DNA of 56,573 bases from Candidatus Gottesmanbacteria bacterium RIFCSPHIGHO2_02_FULL_39_11 (GCA_001779195.1 MFJL01000022.1:1-56573), one strand, 5' to 3'. Shown: positions 26,952 through 36,103, counted from the stretch's first letter. Notes: a model not told the origin generated them from the letters alone. Numbers and translations: made by a program.

Positions 26952-28652
26952 ATGGATATTGATGCTCGGATACTTAACTATTTTGTAGAAAATAATCTAA
27001 TCTCTGGAGAAATTGCGGACCAAATTCGCATAAGCTCAATTAATAGCTCCGTGCCGGTTATAGATACCCTTCTTTCTAAACGAATTGTTTCAGAGGATGA
27101 TATTCTGAAGGCAAAATCCTCTATTTACCATATCCGCTCCGTGGCGCTTGAAGGAAGGGGAATTTCACCGGAAATTTTGACATTTATTCCGGAGCCGGTT
27201 GCCCGGAAATACGTCTTAATTCCTTTTGATTTAAATAAAGTAACCAGCGAATTAAGTGTTGCTATGGTTGATCCTATGGATTTGCCCCTTCTTGATTTTC
27301 TTGAACAAAAATCAGGAAAAAAGATACTGGCGTTTTTAGGAAAAAAAACGGAAATTATCCAAAAAATAGATGAAGAATATTCTCAGGGACTCTCAGTTGA
27401 GGTAAGCGAAGCAATTAAGGAAACAGCCCAGGAGGTAAAGACAGTTGATTCCAGTAGCATCTCTCAAATTATTAAAGAAGCACCTATTGCTAAAATAGTT
27501 TCAACGATTCTTGACTATGCGGTAAAAAGCCGGGCCTCGGATGTCCACATAGAACCACAGGAAACCCGCACACGCGTCCGGTACCGGATCGACGGAATTC
27601 TCCATGAAAAATTAGCCCTTCCCCAATCGGTACACGATGCGGTTGTTTCCCGTATAAAAATTCTTTCGGAAATGAAAATTGATGAAAAGCGTATTCCCCA
27701 AGACGGGCGGTTTAATTTCAAAATGGGTAACGATGAAGTAGATTTACGGGTTTCAACGTTGCCTACCGTTCATGGTGAAAAGGTAGTCATGAGACTTTTG
27801 AAAAAAACAGGCGGAATCCCTTCCCTTCAGGATCTGGGTTTTGCCGGTCCCTCCTTAAAAAACCTGGAGATGGCAATTACCCGTCCCCATGGAATTATTT
27901 TGGTAACCGGACCGACCGGCTCCGGAAAAACAACTACTCTGTATTCGATTTTATCCCGTCTTAATACCGCGAAAGTAAATATTGTGACCCTTGAGGATCC
28001 AGTCGAATATGAAATAATCGGAATTAACCAAGTACAGATTAATCCAATCGCGGGTCTTACCTTTGCCTCAGGACTTCGGTCATTCTTAAGACAAGATCCC
28101 AATATTATATTGGTTGGGGAAATCCGGGACTCAGAGACGACCAATTTGGCAATTCAGGCAGCTCTTACCGGACATTTGGTATTTTCAACCCTTCATACCA
28201 ACAACGCCTCAACCGCAATTCCTAGACTTTTAGATCTTGGCGCCGAACCGTTTCTTATCGTTTCGGTTCTCAATGCAGTTGAGGCTCAGCGTATTACCAG
28301 GAAAATTTGTGCGACATGTAAAGAGTCCTACACTCCCGCGCCTGAAGTAATTTTAGATTTTAAAAGTAAACTGGGTCCCCTTTTGACTAAAAAGGACAGC
28401 GAAATTGTTCTGTATAAAGGGAAGGGATGTAAAGAATGCAATTTGACAGGATATTTAGGCAGGACCGGAATTTATGAAACGATTATGATAACTCCTGCGA
28501 TTGCAAAACTTATTGTTGAAAGACAAGGCGCCGCTGCAATTGAAAAAAAGGCAGTAGAGGAGGGTATGATTACCATGATACAGGATGGATATCTTAAAGT
28601 ACTGAGTGGCATTACAACTATTGAGGAAGTATTAAGAGTAGCACAGGAGTAA
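26952..28652 (+). CDS. pilB: Type IV pilus assembly ATPase PilB (GspE family)
   Basis: N-terminal T2SSE_N-like domain, Walker A GPTGSGKTTT, LRQDPNIILVGEIRD, GHLVFSTLHTN and the tetracysteine motif CATCKE...CKEC. Confidence 0.9.
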   Translation: MDIDARILNYFVENNLISGEIADQIRISSINSSVPVIDTLLSKRIVSEDDILKAKSSIYHIRSVALEGRGISPEILTFIPEPVARKYVLIPFDLNKVTSELSVAMVDPMDLPLLDFLEQKSGKKILAFLGKKTEIIQKIDEEYSQGLSVEVSEAIKETAQEVKTVDSSSISQIIKEAPIAKIVSTILDYAVKSRASDVHIEPQETRTRVRYRIDGILHEKLALPQSVHDAVVSRIKILSEMKIDEKRIPQDGRFNFKMGNDEVDLRVSTLPTVHGEKVVMRLLKKTGGIPSLQDLGFAGPSLKNLEMAITRPHGIILVTGPTGSGKTTTLYSILSRLNTAKVNIVTLEDPVEYEIIGINQVQINPIAGLTFASGLRSFLRQDPNIILVGEIRDSETTNLAIQAALTGHLVFSTLHTNNASTAIPRLLDLGAEPFLIVSVLNAVEAQRITRKICATCKESYTPAPEVILDFKSKLGPLLTKKDSEIVLYKGKGCKECNLTGYLGRTGIYETIMITPAIAKLIVERQGAAAIEKKAVEEGMITMIQDGYLKVLSGITTIEEVLRVAQE

Positions 28653-28788
28653 AAACGAGATGTTTTGAAATGAGATGTGGGAAGTTGGTCTTTGATGTGA
28701 GAAGTTAGATTATTTAATCTAAGGATTCAAACAATCTCACTTCAGTACCTCACTTCACACTTCTAACATCAAAAAATCTAAATTTAAT

Positions 28789-29859
28789 ATGACCATTCAA
28801 GAACTTCTTATCTTAACCAACGTCCGTGAGGCATCTGATCTGCATCTTATCCCCGGACATTCACCTGCCGTTCGGATAAACGGAGAACTTAGACAACTTA
28901 ACACATTTCCGGAGTTAACCTCTAAAGAGGTAGAACAGATGACATATTCTCTGTTAAATCCGGTTCAGAAAGAAGTACTTTTAAGCAACAAGGAGATTGA
29001 TTTCTCAACCGTGGTAACTATCGAATCTGGAGAGCAAATCCGTTTCAGAAGCAATGCATATTATGAAAGAGGGGTTATCGCTTTAGCTTTTCGTCTCATA
29101 CCGGGAAAAATAAAATCAATTGAAGAGTTAGGTCTTCCTTACCTCTTGCATGATTTTGTAAAATTAAAATCAGGATTTGTACTCCTAACGGGCGCCTCCG
29201 GACAAGGCAAATCTACAACTTTAGCATCATTAATTAACGAGATTAACCAGAGCCGCAGTGTGCATATTGTCACGGTTGAAGACCCTATTGAGTATGTTTT
29301 TCCCAAAGCAAAAGCAATTGTTTCTCAGAGAGAACTGGAACAGGACACTCATTCATGGAATAATGCTCTTCGGGCTATGCTTCGTGAAGATCCGGATGTT
29401 GCATACATCGGTGAGATGAGAGATAGGGAGACTGTTTCTGCAGCTCTTACCCTTGCTGAAACCGGCCATTTAGTTTTCTCGACCATTCATACCAATTCAG
29501 CAAGTCAGAGTGTTGACAGAATCGTTGATATGTTTCCAGGTAATCAGCAGCAGCAAATCCGTATGCAGTTATCCATGGTTTTATCCGGAGTTATTACCCA
29601 GCGTCTCATACCGAATCTCATGGGGACCCGCTCCCCCGCATACGAAATTATGCTGGCCTCTCAATCTATAAAAAGTATTATTCGGGAAGGAAAAACGCAC
29701 CTTATTGATAATACGATTCAAACATCCGGAGAAATGGGCATGAAGCTTTTTGAAGATAGTCTAAAGGGTCTTATTGATGGCAACGTCATTTCTTTGGAAA
29801 CTGCACTCAGTTATGCATTTCGTCCGGACCGCTTATTAGAGCTTACTAAAAAACGATAA
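28789..29859 (+). CDS. pilT: Type IV pilus retraction ATPase PilT
   Basis: Motifs SDLHLIPGHSP, Walker A GASGQGKSTT, REDPDVAYIGEMRD and GHLVFSTIHT. 356 aa. Confidence 0.85.
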   Translation: MTIQELLILTNVREASDLHLIPGHSPAVRINGELRQLNTFPELTSKEVEQMTYSLLNPVQKEVLLSNKEIDFSTVVTIESGEQIRFRSNAYYERGVIALAFRLIPGKIKSIEELGLPYLLHDFVKLKSGFVLLTGASGQGKSTTLASLINEINQSRSVHIVTVEDPIEYVFPKAKAIVSQRELEQDTHSWNNALRAMLREDPDVAYIGEMRDRETVSAALTLAETGHLVFSTIHTNSASQSVDRIVDMFPGNQQQQIRMQLSMVLSGVITQRLIPNLMGTRSPAYEIMLASQSIKSIIREGKTHLIDNTIQTSGEMGMKLFEDSLKGLIDGNVISLETALSYAFRPDRLLELTKKR

Positions 29860-29869
29860 TTTATTTCTT

Positions 29870-31072
29870 ATGGCACGTTTTTCATATACCGGAAAAGACA
29901 AATCAGGAACATCTCAAAAAGGATTTGTTGAGGCAACCAATCTGAATTTAGCAGCAGCTCTTCTTCATGAACAGGGATCTTTTATCATTAACCTTAAAGA
30001 AGTCAAAAAGAAAGGCCCGGTTCTCACCTTTTTATCCGGAGGAGTTTCAGCCAATGAAATTATCAATTTTACCCGTCAGCTTTCCACTATGATTACGGCA
30101 GGTCTTACACTGGTTGAAGGACTTTCCATCCTTTCTAAACAAAATACCAAGCCGTCTCTTCATAAAATGATTGTGGATATTCGCGATGAAGTACAGGGAG
30201 GTTCCTCTTTTGCCAAGTCACTTGAGAAATATCCCAGGCTTTTTTCCAAAATTTATATAGCACTGGTTAAAGCCGGGGAAGCCTCCGGTAAGCTGGATGT
30301 AATTCTTATACGGTTGTCTGAAACTCTTGAAAAAAGCAGAGGTTTTAAAAGCAGGATTAAAGGTGCATTTATGTATCCGATTATTGTCGTTATCGGCATG
30401 GTGGCGGTTAGTGTCGTTGTAATGGTGGTTGTTGTACCCCGTATGACAGGACTCTATAAAGATTTTGGCGTTACATTGCCTCTTCCTACCCGGATTTTAA
30501 TTACCCTATCAGACGGGTTAATCAGGTGGGGATGGCTTTTAGGAATTATTTTAGTTCTTTTAATCGTTTTCTATGGCAGGTTTAGTAAAACAAGAATGGG
30601 AAGAACCATTATTACGAATATCATTCTTTCCCTGCCCATTATAGGACCCCTTATTAAAGAATCTATTTTAGTTGAAATTACGAGAACTCTTGCGATTTTA
30701 ATTGACGGAGGCGTGCCGATTCTTACTGCCTTGCAGATTGCCCGGGATGCAACAACCAACATCCGGTATCAGGACGCATTTACGGAAGCAACCAGACAAG
30801 TAGAAAAAGGATTCCCCTTATCCGATCCTTTTTTGGATACGGATCTTTTCCCCCCTATTCTGTCTCAGATGGTAGCAGTAGGTGAGCAGACGGGAAAATT
30901 AGGAGATTCTCTTATGAAGCTTTCCGTTTTTTTTGAGAGCGAGTCAGAAGTGGCAGTGAAATCTCTGACAACTCTTATTGAGCCCTTAATTATGGTTGTA
31001 CTGGGACTGGGGGTAGGATTTCTGGTCATTGCGGTTCTGTTGCCCATTTACTCCTTGACAAGTAAATTCTAA
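29870..31072 (+). CDS. pilC: Type IV pilus platform protein PilC (GspF family)
   Basis: 400 aa with two T2SSF-type repeats and three TM segments. Positioned directly after pilT. Confidence 0.85.
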   Translation: MARFSYTGKDKSGTSQKGFVEATNLNLAAALLHEQGSFIINLKEVKKKGPVLTFLSGGVSANEIINFTRQLSTMITAGLTLVEGLSILSKQNTKPSLHKMIVDIRDEVQGGSSFAKSLEKYPRLFSKIYIALVKAGEASGKLDVILIRLSETLEKSRGFKSRIKGAFMYPIIVVIGMVAVSVVVMVVVVPRMTGLYKDFGVTLPLPTRILITLSDGLIRWGWLLGIILVLLIVFYGRFSKTRMGRTIITNIILSLPIIGPLIKESILVEITRTLAILIDGGVPILTALQIARDATTNIRYQDAFTEATRQVEKGFPLSDPFLDTDLFPPILSQMVAVGEQTGKLGDSLMKLSVFFESESEVAVKSLTTLIEPLIMVVLGLGVGFLVIAVLLPIYSLTSKF

Positions 31073-31124
31073 CCCTGTAACACTTATATATAGCAATTAT
31101 TTATATTTTTTCTAAAAACTTATT

Positions 31125-31646
31125 ATGAACCAATTTTCTTCTTCATTAAAAAAAGGGTTTACCCTTATTGAAATTCTTATTGTCATCTCTCTGTTAGGCG
31201 TTTTGGCGGTTGCACTTCTGGCAACTATCGATCCTCTCGAGCAGATCCGAAAAGGACAGGATTCTAAAACTCAAAATTTAATTACTGAACTAAATGGAGC
31301 GATGGACAGATATTATGCTACACGACAAGAGTATACCTGGCAGGCTGCTAGCCCTTCTATAATACAATTAACCAGTGCAAATCAAACTACATATGTTGAT
31401 CCTCTTATAACGGCGGGAGAATTGAAAACCAATTTTACAACCGTTGCTGGAACTAATTTAACTACCATCTATTTATCCGGTACGCCTAGCTCAAAAGTAC
31501 TGTGTTTCCGTCCAACATCAAAAGCGATGCTTTTTGATAAAAATTCACATTATGCAGTTGATCATAGTGGTGCAGCAGGACCTGGAACCTGTAAGGGTGA
31601 TACTACTCCGGGTGCCACTGATTGTGATTGGTGTGTATCTTCATAA
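31125..31646 (+). CDS. Type IV pilin (probable major pilin)
   Basis: Class III signal KKG/FTLIEILIVISLLGVLA with Glu at +5. The C-terminal region contains Cys pairs. Confidence 0.8.
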   Translation: MNQFSSSLKKGFTLIEILIVISLLGVLAVALLATIDPLEQIRKGQDSKTQNLITELNGAMDRYYATRQEYTWQAASPSIIQLTSANQTTYVDPLITAGELKTNFTTVAGTNLTTIYLSGTPSSKVLCFRPTSKAMLFDKNSHYAVDHSGAAGPGTCKGDTTPGATDCDWCVSS

Positions 31647-31649
31647 GAC

Positions 31650-32429
31650 TTGATCTTTAATGTGGAGTTAATCCTACCGGCAATTATTTTAGGGTCTTGC
31701 ATCGGATCGTTCCTCAATGTAGTTATTGACAGGCTCAGTAGCGGGAAATCCATTGTCACTCCACAATCACACTGTGACAAATGCAAGAGATTTTTAACTC
31801 CGTTGGAACTGATTCCGGTACTCTCCTACATTTATTTAAAAGGCAGATGCAAGACGTGTCATACCAAACTTTCCATACAGTATCCCCTTTCTGAAATAGT
31901 TACCGGCCTTATCTTCGGATATTTAATGTGGTTTGTAATTAATACGGGATTATCATTTGTTTACTGGATTTATCTTTGCATTATTTTTTCCTGTCTTATT
32001 GTTGTTATTGGAACAGATTTAAAAAAAAGAATCATATTAGACGAGATAGTTTTCTTCGGGACTGTTGTTTCATTCCTATATATTCTTTTTTTTGATCCGG
32101 CCTCCCTTCTTTCTCACATCTTTTCTGCCTTTGTTTTTCTCGGATTTTTCTTATTTCTTTTTCTTATTACAAAGGGAAAAGGGATGGGATTTGGGGATGT
32201 GAAATTTTCATTTTTCATGGGACTGACTTTAGGATATCCTCAAATTATTGTCGGCTTTTATCTTGCTTTCTTGACAGGCGCACTGGTTTCTTTAATACTG
32301 GTAATAGGGAGGGTGAAATCGTTTAAGAGTACGGTTCCCTTTGGTCCGTATTTAGCTCTTGCGATGGGTATATCTTTGTTATTCGGTGATGTATTATGGC
32401 AAACTGCGCTTCGCGTTTTAAATCTTTGA
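31650..32429 (+). CDS. pilD: Prepilin peptidase (A24) PilD
   Basis: CxxC...CxxC (HCDKCK...GRCKTCH), plus catalytic Asp contexts GTDLKKRIILDE and GFGDVKF. TTG start as given in the track. Confidence 0.85.
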   Translation: MIFNVELILPAIILGSCIGSFLNVVIDRLSSGKSIVTPQSHCDKCKRFLTPLELIPVLSYIYLKGRCKTCHTKLSIQYPLSEIVTGLIFGYLMWFVINTGLSFVYWIYLCIIFSCLIVVIGTDLKKRIILDEIVFFGTVVSFLYILFFDPASLLSHIFSAFVFLGFFLFLFLITKGKGMGFGDVKFSFFMGLTLGYPQIIVGFYLAFLTGALVSLILVIGRVKSFKSTVPFGPYLALAMGISLLFGDVLWQTALRVLNL

Positions 32430-32854
32430 GTATAAAAAAATTTCGCACGGAAGGGTTTTCTCTTCTTGAGATTGTTATTGCAATTGCGTTAATTAGTATA
32501 ATGTCAGTTCCTATTATGGGGAGTTATATTAAAACTCAGCAAAGAGCCCGGGACAGTGTAAGAAAACATAATATTTCAGAAATTAGTAACGCTCTTGAGG
32601 AATATTACGGAATTTGCGGTTTTGCGTATCCGGCAGCCGGGGCTTATACAGGGATACTTTCCGGAACAAATAGTATTTCATGTGCGGCCGGCACTTTCAT
32701 GTCCAAGGTTCCTCAGGATCCTAAAAGCGGAAGCGGAAGTTATTATTGCGGCGTATCCAGTATATGTGATACTACTCAGTATCAGATCTGCGGAACTCTG
32801 GAGGCTGAAGTTGCTCCGGCTCCGACAGGTTTTTGCCTGAGCAACAGACAGTAA
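32396..32854 (+). CDS. Pilin-like protein (minor pilin/pseudopilin)
   Basis: Prepilin signal RTEG/FSLLEIVIAIALISIM. Overlaps the pilD 3' end. Confidence 0.7.
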   Translation: MANCASRFKSLSIKKFRTEGFSLLEIVIAIALISIMSVPIMGSYIKTQQRARDSVRKHNISEISNALEEYYGICGFAYPAAGAYTGILSGTNSISCAAGTFMSKVPQDPKSGSGSYYCGVSSICDTTQYQICGTLEAEVAPAPTGFCLSNRQ

Positions 32855-32855
32855 T

Positions 32856-33320
32856 ATGAAAATTTCAAATTTCAAATTTCAAATTTCAAATTATAAAAAG
32901 GGGTTTACCCTTATCGAACTTCTTGTTGTGGTGACGATTATTTCAATTCTTTCAACACTCGGATTCACAAGTTATACGGCAGTTACAAAAGGCGGCCGGG
33001 ATGCACTGCGAAAATCAAATCTCGAGCAGGTCAGGTCAGCTTTGGAAATTTTCAGAGCTCAAAATTCAGTCTATCCTGCTACTCCTGGTTCATGCGGGGC
33101 TCGTCCCGGGACGGCCCCGCTTATACTAGATGCTACCTATATAAATACATATCCTACTGATCCGGTAAGCGGAAACAATTATTGTTATGTCCAGACGGGA
33201 GGAGGATCCGGATATCAGTTATGTGCGTTTTTAGAAAACGGTGCGGCCTCCGGTAGTTCTTGCGGAGGAGCCACTTGCAAAGGCGGATCAGGATGCAACT
33301 ATCAAGTAGTCAATCCATAA
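32856..33320 (+). CDS. Pilin-like protein whose leader peptide is encoded by a heptanucleotide repeat
   Basis: MKISNFKFQISNYKKG/FTLIELLVVVTIISIL. Confidence 0.75.
   Translation: MKISNFKFQISNYKKGFTLIELLVVVTIISILSTLGFTSYTAVTKGGRDALRKSNLEQVRSALEIFRAQNSVYPATPGSCGARPGTAPLILDATYINTYPTDPVSGNNYCYVQTGGGSGYQLCAFLENGAASGSSCGGATCKGGSGCNYQVVNP
32860..32892 (+). repeat. Heptanucleotide tandem repeat (aaatttc x 4.7) inside the pilin leader coding region
   Basis: Four full aaatttc units at 32860-32887 plus the partial aaatt. It begins at codon 2 of the gene. Confidence 0.9.
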
Positions 33321-33874
33321 AAGGTTTTTCTTTTGTTGAAATCCTGGTAGTCACCGGAGTAATTTCCATTCTGGTTGGGGTATCTGTTGCCGGCTACAAG
33401 CAATTTAACGAGAGGCAGAAGCTCATTGCTGCCGGTCAAGAGATGAAGAATATCATTCGGGATGCTCAAAGCAGGGCGTATACCGGGGAAATCGACTGTT
33501 CCGATTTGGCATGCGGATGTATGTCTACATCTTTCGGATATGACCCATCCAGTTCGTATCTCACAGGATGGAGGGTTGACTTTAATGGACGCACGATTGA
33601 AGGGGTATGTACCAACGGAAATACGTTCTCCCAAAAAACATTTGACAGTTTTTCACTGTCTCCGGAAGTAACCATTGCTCAGCATCCGGGACCAAATCCG
33701 ACCGGAGTGCTTTTCAGACCTTTTCCATCTTCAGTAAGCAACGAAGCAACTGTCTGCATCCGTTCAGATGGACTTTCCGATCAGGAGTATGCAATTACGG
33801 TTCGAGATGGCGGAACTATTACTGATTCCGGCGGTCTGCGGAAAAAGGACGGGGCTTCCTGTATACTGCTATGA
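33293..33874 (+). CDS. Pilin-like protein (GspH/FimT-like minor pilin)
   Basis: Prepilin signal SIKG/FSFVEILVVTGVISIL. The start was set at the internal ATG at 33293 (MQLSSSQSIKG). Confidence 0.65.
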   Translation: MQLSSSQSIKGFSFVEILVVTGVISILVGVSVAGYKQFNERQKLIAAGQEMKNIIRDAQSRAYTGEIDCSDLACGCMSTSFGYDPSSSYLTGWRVDFNGRTIEGVCTNGNTFSQKTFDSFSLSPEVTIAQHPGPNPTGVLFRPFPSSVSNEATVCIRSDGLSDQEYAITVRDGGTITDSGGLRKKDGASCILL

Positions 33875-34344
33875 TTATGCATAACTTAAGACAAGGACAA
33901 ACTATTTTTGAGGTACTGGTCGGACTTACTCTGATTATGCTTTTTTTGACAGGAATTGTCACGATAGAACTTATAGCCTTAAAAAATACGAATTATGCTA
34001 AAAATAAAAGTTTAGCAACTACCTATGCCTCAGAACAGCTTGAGAGAATCCGGGTAGCACGGGATACCATAGGACTAAGTAACCTATATGAGTTATATTG
34101 CAGTGGTCCAAATGGATGCTACATAGATGATAACCTGACTCCGTTTCCCAATAAGTCGCCCGCTACTACTCCCTACGTGCAGCAGGTTCTATTCTCCGTC
34201 TCTGCCGATTGTCCGACACCTCCTTCAATTCCCAACTCTGAGTCTTATAAAGTTACCGCAACAAGCAGTTGGGCGGGTACTGCCACAGATATTACACCTG
34301 CCCCTGAAGTATCGGTATCATCATGTATGTCGGATTGGAGATAG
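33871..34344 (+). CDS. Pilin-like protein (atypical signal, PilV-like position)
   Basis: N-terminus MIMHNLRQGQTIFEVLVGLTLIMLFLTG has a hydrophobic helix with Glu. Start and stop overlap the neighbouring genes. Confidence 0.55.
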   Translation: MIMHNLRQGQTIFEVLVGLTLIMLFLTGIVTIELIALKNTNYAKNKSLATTYASEQLERIRVARDTIGLSNLYELYCSGPNGCYIDDNLTPFPNKSPATTPYVQQVLFSVSADCPTPPSIPNSESYKVTATSSWAGTATDITPAPEVSVSSCMSDWR

Positions 34345-34348
34345 TCCT

Positions 34349-34897
34349 ATGAAAAATCCAATTTCCAATTTCCAATTTCCAATTTCCAAAATAAGAGGAT
34401 TTTCCATGGTTGAGATGCTTGTAGTTATCGCGCTACTCGGGATTATAAGTACCATTGTTACTCAGGTTTTAGTAATATCAGTTCGTTCTAGTCTTAAAGC
34501 TGAAATTCAGAAAGAAGTAAAACAAAACGGAGATTATGCCATATCTATCATGGAAAGAGCTATAAGAAACGCAACGGATGTGGATGCAGCAGGGTGCAAT
34601 ATATCCAGAGACTTTGTAACTATTACCAATCGCGATACGACAACTACCACGTTTACCTGTAGTAGTTCGCCGAACAAAATTGTTTCATCGGCAGGAGTAG
34701 ACCTAGACCTAACCAATGATAAAGTAGCGTGGAGCGGGACATGTTATTTTCTTGTAGTGTGTCCTAATCCCCCTATAAGGCCCAAGTATGTATTTATCCA
34801 TTTCACCCTTGCACAAGCAGGAGGAGGTGGCGATCCCAATGCGTCTGCCACTCTCCCCTATCAGTCTACCATTGAACTAAGAACTAATAGCCCTTGA
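34349..34897 (+). CDS. Pilin-like protein whose leader peptide is encoded by a heptanucleotide repeat
   Basis: MKNPISNFQFPISKIRG/FSMVEMLVVIALLGII. Confidence 0.75.
   Translation: MKNPISNFQFPISKIRGFSMVEMLVVIALLGIISTIVTQVLVISVRSSLKAEIQKEVKQNGDYAISIMERAIRNATDVDAAGCNISRDFVTITNRDTTTTTFTCSSSPNKIVSSAGVDLDLTNDKVAWSGTCYFLVVCPNPPIRPKYVFIHFTLAQAGGGGDPNASATLPYQSTIELRTNSP
34357..34389 (+). repeat. Heptanucleotide tandem repeat (tccaatt x 4.7) inside the pilin leader coding region
   Basis: Four full tccaatt units at 34357-34384 plus a partial unit. After rotation the unit aatttcc differs by one base from the aatttca unit of 32860-32892. Confidence 0.9.
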
Positions 34898-34957
34898 TGA
34901 AATTAAGCTCATTTCTGTTTGGAAATATTATGACAGTATCCACCCTTCCGTTATAAT
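34844..34957 (+). repeat. Junction element copy 1 (pseudopilin 3' end, conserved spacer and promoter-like boxes)
   Basis: 34844-34929 aligns ungapped to 40757-40842 at 67 of 86 positions. It is followed by ATGACA (34930-35), 16 nt, TATAAT (34952-57), AGGAGG, and a 10-codon ORF. Confidence 0.8.
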
Positions 34958-35083
34958 AGGAGGTATTATGCTTAGCTTTAGATTATACGTGACAGTTTAG
35001 AACATAATATTGGATGCGCATAATTGAAAAAATCATTTTGCAGGACTACAATAAAAAAAGTACGAAACCATTTTTTTAATTTT

Positions 35084-35375
35084 ATGTCAGACAATCAATT
35101 AAAAATAATAGTAAAAAATTTAGTTTTAAGGACAGTTTCAACTCCTATTAGGGTGGGCTTGTATGGGTCACGAGCCAAGGGGGGTAGTCCCGGAAAATGG
35201 TCTGATATTGATGTAGTAGTCGCAGGAGATGAGCCACTTTGGGGGTGATAAGATTTCCGATCTACGGGAAGCCTTTGAAGAGTCTGATTTACCCTATTTT
35301 ACTGATGTGACAGATTTGCTCTCTACAAAAGGTCGATTTAAAGAACAGTTGTTAAAGGAGGTTGAATGGTTGTAG
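35084..35375 (+). pseudogene. Minimal nucleotidyltransferase (MNT-type antitoxin), frameshifted
   Basis: Frame 1 gives MSDNQLK..GLYGSRAKGGSPGKWSDIDVVVAGDEPLWG-stop. The family C-terminus (DKISDLREAFEESDLPYFTDVTDLL...EVEWL) continues in another frame. The break is at a G5 run (35241-35245). Confidence 0.65.
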
Positions 35376-35661
35376 AGGATCGACTTATATTGCGAGTGAA
35401 AGAGCTTCAGGATGCGCTCCTTACCCTTGAAGAGTCATTGGAAGAGGGGTTGAGGTATATAGCCCTAAATCCAGTATCAGGTCAGGAGCGCGCGAAGGAT
35501 TGATCGATGACCCGGAATTATGGTTTAAATTTCTAGAGGCCCGTAACTGGACAGTCCATATTTACGATATAAAAAAAGCAGATGAAACATACAATTGGGC
35601 TAAAAAATTTGTTCCTGAGGTAACAATATTATTGGAGAGAGTTACGAAGATTGAGATTTGA
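35366..35661 (+). pseudogene. HEPN (HI0074-like nucleotidyltransferase substrate-binding) toxin, disrupted
   Basis: The N-terminal part MVVEDRLILRVKELQDALLTLEESLEEGL stops early. The C-terminal part GLIDDPELWFKFLEARNWTVHIYD, carrying the R-x4-H motif, lies in another frame. The central region appears to be missing. Confidence 0.6.
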
Positions 35662-35700
35662 TAGGGTATGAAGATCGAAGATGTAGTTACATTTAGCCGA

Positions 35701-35782
35701 TTCCGTGATGAAATTACACTCATTTCCTCCTGAAAAACCTATTTCTTACAAAATTGACAAATCTTACAAAGGGGTATATAGT
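35701..35782 (+). repeat. Junction element copy 2, with promoter boxes
   Basis: ttccgtgatgaaattacactcatttcctcctgaaaaacc..., then TTGACA (35754-59), 17 nt, TATAGT (35777-82). Confidence 0.8.
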
Positions 35783-36103
35783 ATGCCTATGCTAAATAAC
35801 TCTGTATCCATCGATGACTTACGGACAAATCTTGCTGAATTTATTGGCAGAGTAATGTATGGTAAAGATCGAATTATCATTAAAAAATACAACCGGGATG
35901 CTGCAGTCCTTTTAAGCGTAGATGACTATGAAAAACTCCTTGATCCTACAAAACGCTTAAGTAAGTCTCAATGGGATGAAGAAGTACGTAAACTCGACAG
36001 CATACGGACAAATATTCCTGATGCCGATCCTACGGATATTGTAAAAGAGATTAATCAAGTCATCCGGGATGTGCGGGCAGAAAACAAAAATCAAAATGCA
36101 TGA
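35783..36103 (+). CDS. Phd/YefM-family antitoxin
   Basis: VSIDDLRTNLAEFIGRVMYGKDRIIIKKYNRDAAVLLSVDDYEKL. The track ORF start (35705) lies inside the repeat element. The true start is likely ATG 35783 or 35789; the latter is 6 nt after the -10 box, which would make the mRNA leaderless. Confidence 0.75.
   Translation: MPMLNNSVSIDDLRTNLAEFIGRVMYGKDRIIIKKYNRDAAVLLSVDDYEKLLDPTKRLSKSQWDEEVRKLDSIRTNIPDADPTDIVKEINQVIRDVRAENKNQNA

Noticed and set aside
35024-35248. Track ORF of 74 aa treated as an intact gene
   Set aside because: It is the 5' part of a frameshifted nucleotidyltransferase. The family C-terminus continues in a different frame, so it is reported as a pseudogene starting at ATG 35084.
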